A stretch of DNA of 64,000 nt from an uncultured bacterium (GTDB lineage Bacteria > Verrucomicrobiota > Verrucomicrobiia > Verrucomicrobiales > DEV007): the NCBI GenBank assembly GCA_963977015.1, contig CAXBMO010000031.1:11731-75730 (forward strand), in the 5' to 3' direction. The position numbers and the translations under genes are program-made. Positions 57,702-64,000 of this stretch are shown piece after piece (the stretch's first letter is position 1; every line of letters starts with the position of its first letter). The notes beneath the pieces are model-generated. The model did not search any database. It was given only the letters and a program-made list of their open reading frames with translations, and was not told the origin of the DNA.

Positions 57702-58615
57702 TCATTAAATCGACGTCTCGCAAGGATCGTTCCTTTGGCCAGCTCTACGATTATGTGAATCGAGAGGGGAAATCGGACACGCCCGTTTTGTTCTGGAATC
57801 TCATCGGTTGTGAGTCCTCGGACCGGGATGGTGTGGTTGGCGAGTTTCTCGACAATGCGGACCACTTGCCGGAGCGAGCGAACGGGAATGTCTTATACCA
57901 TGAAATCGTCTCGCTGAAGCGGACCTCGGAACATGATCTTGAAACGCTGACCCAGGCTCTCTATGAACTCGCCAATCATTACCTGGAGCGTCGGGCCCCT
58001 GACTGCCTTGCGTTTGGCCGGATCCACATCGAAACCGGGCATGTTCACTGTCATCTCATCATTTCCGCTAATGTGATGCAAGGGGACCGGCACAGCCTTT
58101 CGAAGTTTCAATTCGCGGCGATCCAGACTGCGTGCGAGCGCTATTTGAAGGCTGAGTATCCGCAATTGATCCAACAGTTTCGCTACGGCCAGAATCGCCA
58201 ACATCAGGCACAGAAGTTTTCGAGCGGTGAGTTTCAGATGCAACGCCGTTTGTCCAGAGGCCCCACCTCGACTGAGAAGCCGCTCTCGGACAAGGCCCGG
58301 GTCACGGCCCATTTGGCTGCCATCTTTGCTGAAGAAATCACTCACACGACCAAGCCGCTAGTGGAACGTCTTCGGGAAGCAGGATTCGCTCTCTACCAAA
58401 ACAAGTGCGGGCATCCCGGTGTGATCAAGGGAAAGAAGAAGTATCGCTTCTATCGAATGGGTTTGTTAGAGTCGTTTCAGCGCGTTACCGCGGAGGAAGC
58501 TGCCTTCTCGGCAAGGAAAGCTGAACTCATCGGTCATGCTTCCCGCACGGCGCCAGCTCGTGAGGCCATGGAGCGAGACGAAGATTTTGCGCCTGGTTTC
58601 CCTGGCTCCTCTTAA
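57698..58615 (+). CDS. Relaxase (MOBP-like relaxase/mobilisation nuclease domain)
   Basis: MIIKS.SRK..SFGQLYDY (motif I Tyr), YHEIVSL (motif II), HIETGHVHCHLIISAN (HUH). Confidence 0.82.
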   Translation: MIIKSTSRKDRSFGQLYDYVNREGKSDTPVLFWNLIGCESSDRDGVVGEFLDNADHLPERANGNVLYHEIVSLKRTSEHDLETLTQALYELANHYLERRAPDCLAFGRIHIETGHVHCHLIISANVMQGDRHSLSKFQFAAIQTACERYLKAEYPQLIQQFRYGQNRQHQAQKFSSGEFQMQRRLSRGPTSTEKPLSDKARVTAHLAAIFAEEITHTTKPLVERLREAGFALYQNKCGHPGVIKGKKKYRFYRMGLLESFQRVTAEEAAFSARKAELIGHASRTAPAREAMERDEDFAPGFPGSS

Positions 58616-58625
58616 TCGTTTGTGA

Positions 58626-60161
58626 ATGGCATGGATCATCTTCGCGGCTTTCGTTTCAATCATTGCTGCGTCTCGATTCATCTATCCTTTCGAGCGGATC
58701 GCCAATGGGGTTCACGCCGTCCGGCGCCTCGCACGGATTCTTGGCTTAAGGGATTCCAGCTCGCGCTTTCTTCGTTGGTGGGAGCAGCGGCGCTTTATGC
58801 ACGGAGCCAAGCGAGGTCTTCTGATCGACGGACACGGAAAGCGATTGAGCGAACATGACAGTTTCCAGCATTTGGCCCTGATCTCGCCGACCGGAGGAGG
58901 GAAGACAACCTCTTATATAGTTCCCAATCTTTTGACCCTGGATAACTGCTCAATCGTTGTGACCGATCCAAGTGGTGAACTCTACAACGCAACCAGTGGA
59001 TACTTGGCGCGCAAAGGATTTACGCTGCGCGTCCTGAATCTCCAGGAGCCAAGCAAAGGATTCGGCTACAATCCGGTGGCCAAGGCCAACAGTTTCGCCG
59101 AGATCGACAAGCTGGCCAATATCCTGATTCGTTCCTCAAATCCCGTGACCCGGCCCGGAGACGATGTCTGGTATTCCCAGCCGGCTGCATTGATTTCGAT
59201 CTTTCTGCGCTGCCTCAAGAACACTGGGCATTCGGAATGGCAGAACCTCCACAACGTCTTGCACCTGATCCAGAACTGGGATTGCTCCTCGGAGAACCGT
59301 CGATCGTTGGTGCGGGACTTCGTGGCCTGCTATGCCCTCGAAGACCAGGCGATCCTGAACCAGTTCAAAGGATTCGTCGCCGGCAACCCGAAGATGGTCG
59401 CCAGCTTCATTACCATGGCGACCGATGCCCTCAAGCTTCTCAACAACCCGGAGATCGCCGCGATGATGAGCCGGGACGAGTTCGATTTCCACGCGCTTCG
59501 GCGCGAGAAGACAGTGGTTTTCCTAGTCGTTCCGGAAACCGACGCCAACCTCTACCGTTTCATCCTCAACACATTTTGGAGTCAGTTTTTCGACGCGCAA
59601 AAGGAGTCGCGCTACAAGAGCGAGGGTTACCCGGTCTACTGTCTCATGGACGAATTCGGCCACAGCCGGATTCCCGATTTCGCCACGATATCGACCACGA
59701 TCCGGAAATACCATGTGAGCCTCTCCATCATTCTGCAGTCCGTGGCCCAGCTCCGCGAGCAATACGGGCCGAACGACGCCAACACGATCCTCTCTGGAGG
59801 GATGCGATCGAAGCTGTTCTACTCTGGACTAGACCTGGAAACTTCCCAGATGGTCGAGCAGATGCTGGGCCGCAAACGCGTGGCCCTGCAGTCCGGATTG
59901 GGCCACCGCGAAGAAGCCTTGCTCGGCGCTGACCGGATTCGCCGATTGTGGAGCGACGAGGCAATTTACGTCCTTTCCAACGAAGAGCCGACCTTACTGC
60001 GCACGACACCGTTTTTCCGGAATCCCAAGTTGAAACGACGCACGCGTCTCCCGGCGGAACCGCTTCCATCGAGCCGGAGAACGAGTGATCTGGCCTACGT
60101 GCCGTTGGCGGAGTCCTCAGTTCAATCGGCTTCCGGTAACTGGTCACCTTTCAATCCGTAA
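58626..60161 (+). CDS. Type IV coupling protein, VirD4/TraG family
   Basis: N-terminal TM, Walker A PTGGGKT, VVTDPSGEL, LMDEFG, IILQSVAQL..YG. Confidence 0.88.
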   Translation: MAWIIFAAFVSIIAASRFIYPFERIANGVHAVRRLARILGLRDSSSRFLRWWEQRRFMHGAKRGLLIDGHGKRLSEHDSFQHLALISPTGGGKTTSYIVPNLLTLDNCSIVVTDPSGELYNATSGYLARKGFTLRVLNLQEPSKGFGYNPVAKANSFAEIDKLANILIRSSNPVTRPGDDVWYSQPAALISIFLRCLKNTGHSEWQNLHNVLHLIQNWDCSSENRRSLVRDFVACYALEDQAILNQFKGFVAGNPKMVASFITMATDALKLLNNPEIAAMMSRDEFDFHALRREKTVVFLVVPETDANLYRFILNTFWSQFFDAQKESRYKSEGYPVYCLMDEFGHSRIPDFATISTTIRKYHVSLSIILQSVAQLREQYGPNDANTILSGGMRSKLFYSGLDLETSQMVEQMLGRKRVALQSGLGHREEALLGADRIRRLWSDEAIYVLSNEEPTLLRTTPFFRNPKLKRRTRLPAEPLPSSRRTSDLAYVPLAESSVQSASGNWSPFNP

Positions 60162-60400
60162 AGTGGTCACATTATGATCCGTAAACCGGTCATAGTTGCG
60201 CATATGCCCGAGTCGCAACTCCCTTATAGAGAGCGATATGCTGCCCCCTTAGGAACACGATAATTGTTCGTTTCCGTAAACCGGTTACAACTCCTCCGTG
60301 AACTGGTTACCTTTTGTCCGTAAAGAGGTCACCCTTCGTCCGTGAACCGGTTACATTTCATCCGTAAACCGGTTACATTTCATCCGTAAACCGGTTACGT
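60132..60400 (+). repeat. Iterons of a plasmid-type replication origin
   Basis: Consensus TCCGTAAACCGGTTAC; six copies at 22-bp spacing (60273, 60295, 60317, 60339, 60361, 60383) and three at 23-bp spacing (60132, 60155, 60178); followed by an AT-rich tract at ~60405-60476. Confidence 0.85.
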
Positions 60401-60685
60401 TTCGAGTTGTAACCTATTGTAAATAAATGGGTTACGGGATCCTAAACAATCTTAAACAGTAAGAAACGAATTAAACTACCACTCGCGCGCGAAGGAGATC
60501 GAGATTCCTGAGCGTAAGTACTGTTGCTGCTTCTTTTTTTGTTTTTGGTTGCCCCTCCTTAACCCTCCCCAGTTCCGCGCAGCCCCTCCCAATGGTTCCC
60601 CAGAAAGTTTCATTTTGTTCCAGATTTCTGAGTTCTTCGGCCCTCTTAGAAGTAAACGGACCCTCATTAACCCGTTGTTTGACTC

Positions 60686-60868
60686 ATGAACGAACTCTAC
60701 ATCACCAGAAAACAACTCGCCGCCCGCTGGAGCTGCTCGATTGAAACGATCAAAAGAAAAGAACGCTCTGGTCTGCTCAACCCCATCAAATTCGGACAAC
60801 GATTCGTCCGCTATCGGCTATCCGATATCGAGCAGATCGAACAGGAGGCCCAAGCCTGTTTCTCCTAG
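60686..60868 (+). CDS. AlpA/excisionase-like helix-turn-helix protein
   Basis: YITRKQLAARWSCSIETIKR.ERSG.L.PIK.G.R.VRYRLSDIE. Confidence 0.8.
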   Translation: MNELYITRKQLAARWSCSIETIKRKERSGLLNPIKFGQRFVRYRLSDIEQIEQEAQACFS

Positions 60869-60920
60869 CCCCCTAACTCGACTAGACAGAAATTTTGATC
60901 CAACTAGAATCAGAACCAAC

Positions 60921-62225
60921 ATGGTGAACTTGCCTGCGGCAGTCGATTTACCCCAAGGACTGCAACGCGGGCATCTTAAGAAGCACATCGCCACGGTCTA
61001 TATTCGCGGAACGCTCAATCCCCTGGAGCGTAAGCTCTGGAATCTGTTGACCAAAAATGCATTGTCGAACTTGGCTCAAGAACGCCACGAGATCCCCGTT
61101 TCAGTTCTGTTGCGGGCTGCCAATATCCATGGAAACGACCGGCGGATTCTTAAGCCCGCTCTGATTAAATTGCGTCAGACCAGCATCGAATGGATCATCC
61201 AGTCAGAGGAAACCGGAGAACCCCTGGTCGATTCCGATTGGGCCGAATCCGGGTTTCTTTCGTTCGTAGCTATCTCGAAAGGAGTCGTCTACTACGAATA
61301 CACCAAATTCGTTCGTGAACGCCTTCGGACCCCAGAGACTTATGCTCGCATCCACATCGAGTCGCAGAGCAAACTCTCTCGAGGGCGATCTTTGCCGCTC
61401 TACGAAATGACGGCTCGCTATCGCCCCAACACCCACAAGAAATTTAAGGGAAAAACCCCAAAATGGAGTCTGGAATTCTTCCGTGCAGCGATGGGAGCCG
61501 AGGCCCCGCTATATGACGATTTTCGCAACCTCAATCAACGAATCATCAAACCGAGTGTGGCCAAAATCAATCAAGGAACGGATATCCATCTAGAGCCGAT
61601 CTATCATAAGAATGGTCGTCGTTGCGTCGCCATTCAGTTTTCCGTTCGCAACAATCCACAACTTCAGTTGGGACTCGATTCCGAAGCTCCTGAGTCAATC
61701 GAAATTCGCGAACAATTAACCCGTTATGGACTCGGCGAGGTTGAGGTGGATTACTATCTAAAGGAATACGAAATCGACTATCTCAAGGAGAAGACTAACT
61801 TGCTGGAAGCGCGCATTCGGTCCGGTCAGGAAATCCACTCAGTCAACGGTTATCTCCGTGCTGCCATCAAGGAGGACTACAAATTGGTTGATGGCACCCA
61901 GATCCGAAAGCAGCAACAAAAGGAAGCTCAAAAGCGACGCCAAGAACATGCCCGGGAACAAAAAGAAAAAGTAGAGGCGGAAAAAGCAAACGAAGACGCT
62001 CGCCTTTCCGCAGAACAACAGACTGTCGACGCCTACCTAAGCACCTTATCTCCAAGTGAGCGCCTAAAATTGGAGCAGCGTTTTGAGCGTCATATGCAGT
62101 CGAATCCTATTTCTCGGCAGGCTTGGGAGAAGCGGGATCATGGTATCTACGCGAGTGTCGTCAATGGCTCTTGGCGTCAGTACGTTCTTGAGCAGCAAAA
62201 CCAAGTCACTGTATCGTCTTCATGA
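60921..62225 (+). CDS. Plasmid replication initiator (Rep_3/RepB family)
   Basis: LKKH, L..LERKLWN.L, LPLYE...RY, LYDDFRNLNQRIIKPSVAKIN..TDI, GRRCVAIQF; next to iterons. Confidence 0.85.
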   Translation: MVNLPAAVDLPQGLQRGHLKKHIATVYIRGTLNPLERKLWNLLTKNALSNLAQERHEIPVSVLLRAANIHGNDRRILKPALIKLRQTSIEWIIQSEETGEPLVDSDWAESGFLSFVAISKGVVYYEYTKFVRERLRTPETYARIHIESQSKLSRGRSLPLYEMTARYRPNTHKKFKGKTPKWSLEFFRAAMGAEAPLYDDFRNLNQRIIKPSVAKINQGTDIHLEPIYHKNGRRCVAIQFSVRNNPQLQLGLDSEAPESIEIREQLTRYGLGEVEVDYYLKEYEIDYLKEKTNLLEARIRSGQEIHSVNGYLRAAIKEDYKLVDGTQIRKQQQKEAQKRRQEHAREQKEKVEAEKANEDARLSAEQQTVDAYLSTLSPSERLKLEQRFERHMQSNPISRQAWEKRDHGIYASVVNGSWRQYVLEQQNQVTVSSS

Positions 62226-62671
62226 ATCAGCGAGAGGGAGAAGCGGCAAAATATCGCGCCCTTGGGTTTATCGAACAAGCCCAAGGATTGCTGGAGCAAG
62301 CGGCGGAAGCCATCTGCTCGGTTCGGGGACTCGGCCCGTCTTGGGAAGAGGTATCGCGAATTCGCTATCAAGTGAAGGATGTTTGGCATCAATTGGAAGA
62401 GGCCCAAGCTCAAGCAGATCCCGATCCACGCGTTCCAAACAACGTTGCTGGTTTTGCCCAGGCCGCTGAAGCCATCTCAACTGGCGAAACCGACAGCGTT
62501 TTGATCCATGCCGTCTATGAAGACTGGAAGCAAACCAACGATGGAGACGCAGTCGGCTTTCAGGCTGATTTAGATTGCGATCCTGTGGACGAACTCAACA
62601 AGGCCGTTGACGAAGCCAGGGCCTACCTCCGGGTAGCCGATGACCAGCCCATGGCCATCGAACTTGATTAG
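62222..62671 (+). CDS. Hypothetical protein
   Basis: 149-aa ORF coupled to rep by an ATGA overlap. Confidence 0.55.
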   Translation: MNQREGEAAKYRALGFIEQAQGLLEQAAEAICSVRGLGPSWEEVSRIRYQVKDVWHQLEEAQAQADPDPRVPNNVAGFAQAAEAISTGETDSVLIHAVYEDWKQTNDGDAVGFQADLDCDPVDELNKAVDEARAYLRVADDQPMAIELD

Positions 62672-62853
62672 TTGGAGCCGTTCGGCTTGGTTCCGTTGCC
62701 CTTGGCCGCTTCCGCCAGAAACTGCACGGAACTTACCAACCGCCATAAGATGCGAAATATTGCAACCGGAGCCTTTGGTCTGGCTTCGAATCCTCTGCAA
62801 GATAATCGGCTTTATCTTGCAGAAACATCCTAACCGTTTAGCTAGCATGATCA

Positions 62854-63456
62854 CTATTCCTGTGGCCGAGTCGGAGAAGTTTTTCCAATCTCCACCCCCT
62901 CAATCCGAAGGTATTTGTAGAGCGTGCGCTTGCTGATGCTGAGATTCTCGGTGATCTCTCGGATCGAGAGTCGGCCTTCGCGATAGAGGGAGGCGGCAGC
63001 AACCGCCTTTCGCTTCGCTTCCTCGGAGAGCCCTTTGGGACGGCCTCCCATTCGGCCTCGGGCTCGCGCTGCCGCCAGACCGGCCTGCGTTCGTTCCCGG
63101 ATTAATTCCCGCTCAAACTCGGCCAGCGAGGCGAAGATGTTGAAAACCAGCCTTCCTTGCGCTGAGGTCGTGTCGATGGGATCGCTCAAACTTCGCAGTC
63201 CCACGTCGTGATCGTTGAGCCACGCGACCACCTCGACGAGGTGCTTCAGCGAACGGCCCAACCGGTCGAGCTTCCAAACGACGACCACGTCCCCTTTGCG
63301 AACGTGATCAAGGAGTCGCTGGAGTTCGACTCGATCCACCTTTGCTCCACTGGCTCTTTCGAGAAACAGCTTTTCGCATCCCGCTTCGCTCAACGCGTCG
63401 ATTTGGGAGTCAAGATTCTGATCAGAGGTGCTGACTCGGGCATAGCCGATAATCAT
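62854..63456 (-). CDS. Serine recombinase (resolvase/invertase)
   Basis: IGYARVST..Q, VVWKLDRLGRS, LAEFERELIRERT.AGL.AAR.RGR.GGRP, C-terminal HTH. Confidence 0.92.
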   Translation of the reverse strand: MIIGYARVSTSDQNLDSQIDALSEAGCEKLFLERASGAKVDRVELQRLLDHVRKGDVVVVWKLDRLGRSLKHLVEVVAWLNDHDVGLRSLSDPIDTTSAQGRLVFNIFASLAEFERELIRERTQAGLAAARARGRMGGRPKGLSEEAKRKAVAAASLYREGRLSIREITENLSISKRTLYKYLRIEGVEIGKTSPTRPQE

Positions 63457-63652
63457 GTGTGATTGGTTTAGAAAACTCAGCGACCCGCGACTTTGGTATA
63501 CGTTGTTTTGGTAAACCAATTCCCTACACTTATTTGGTCGAAGCGTCCGAGAAATTCAGATCGCTTACCATGATTCTAAGAAAACGACCGTATTTGTAAA
63601 CCGGGGGAGACAAGCGGGAGAAGAGCAATGCCAGGCGGTTTGGCGTGCTGAC

Positions 63653-64000
63653 TTAACGGGGCTCCAAAATCAGTCGGCTGCGACGCATATCGATGGTGAC
63701 CCGGAATTGCTTGAGAAGGGCGTTTCCGAGCAAGCCGTCTTCCCCGGGAAAAATGCGACTTGCGTGTGCGGTCGTTTTCAAATTCCGAATAACTCGGTTG
63801 CCTAACCGCACGTCGTTTCGTCCTGAAGCATCAAAGTCACCAGTGAAGCCAATGGAACTATTTCGTGAATGGCCTCGATTTGCCACGGTTGTCGATTTTG
63901 ACCAGTGCAGGCCTTCGTTGCTTCCCGTGTCGATCCGCACGCGGGCTAGGGAGTGTTTGAAAACCCTCCAAAGTTGAGAATGGAGGTTGTACTTTGAGGC
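63653..64000 (-). CDS. Retropepsin-like aspartyl protease, C-terminal part (frame open to the window edge)
   Basis: RIDTGS catalytic motif and DGLLGNALL..FRVTID tail. Confidence 0.6.
   Translation of the reverse strand, partial: ASKYNLHSQLWRVFKHSLARVRIDTGSNEGLHWSKSTTVANRGHSRNSSIGFTGDFDASGRNDVRLGNRVIRNLKTTAHASRIFPGEDGLLGNALLKQFRVTIDMRRSRLILEPR

Larger units (their letters stand above)
51470..64000. mobile_element. tRNA-integrated plasmid-like mobilizable element (continues past the window)
   Basis: att fragment, integrase, ParA, MobC/relaxase, T4CP, iterons, Rep initiator and resolvase. Confidence 0.8.

Noticed and set aside
60273-60400. CRISPR or mini-array
   Set aside because: 22-bp period with only ~6 variable bases, next to a Rep initiator: these are iterons.

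Overview
High-GC bacterial chromosome segment. The many sulfatases, PQQ-like beta-propeller, SYLF protein and palindromic intergenic repeats suggest the PVC superphylum (Verrucomicrobia-like); this is inference only. Housekeeping and accessory genes include ybbP-ybbA/tesA, moxR, two transglutaminases, hsp20, denD, MFS, a prkA-yeaH-spoVR-prkA2 operon, cstA, rnr and cls. Four accessory modules stand out. (1) A PtuAB/Septu-like ATPase+HNH pair (6.26-8.33 kb) bracketed by ~50-bp imperfect direct repeats with a palindromic core. (2) An integrase-less integron remnant on the minus strand (14.8-17.9 kb): a Pc-like promoter, an attI-like site, two attC sites and three cassettes (Zn-ribbon-DUF4145/HEPN; an orphan ORF; a DUF5343 + Swt1-like HEPN pair that is a candidate defence system). 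It ends in a 5'-truncated group IIC intron inserted in the R'' box of the last attC. (3) A decayed older island (48.4-51.5 kb, cls + EEP) bounded by a degenerate copy of the att junction. (4) An integrated plasmid-like mobilizable element from a tRNA-Asn-like 3' fragment at 51.47 kb to beyond the window end: tyrosine integrase, pseudo-tRNA-Tyr, DUF2958, DUF6884, ParA with repeats, MobC/relaxase, VirD4-like coupling protein, 22-bp iterons, Rep_3 initiator and resolvase. Family assignments come from motif recognition by eye; no database searches were run.
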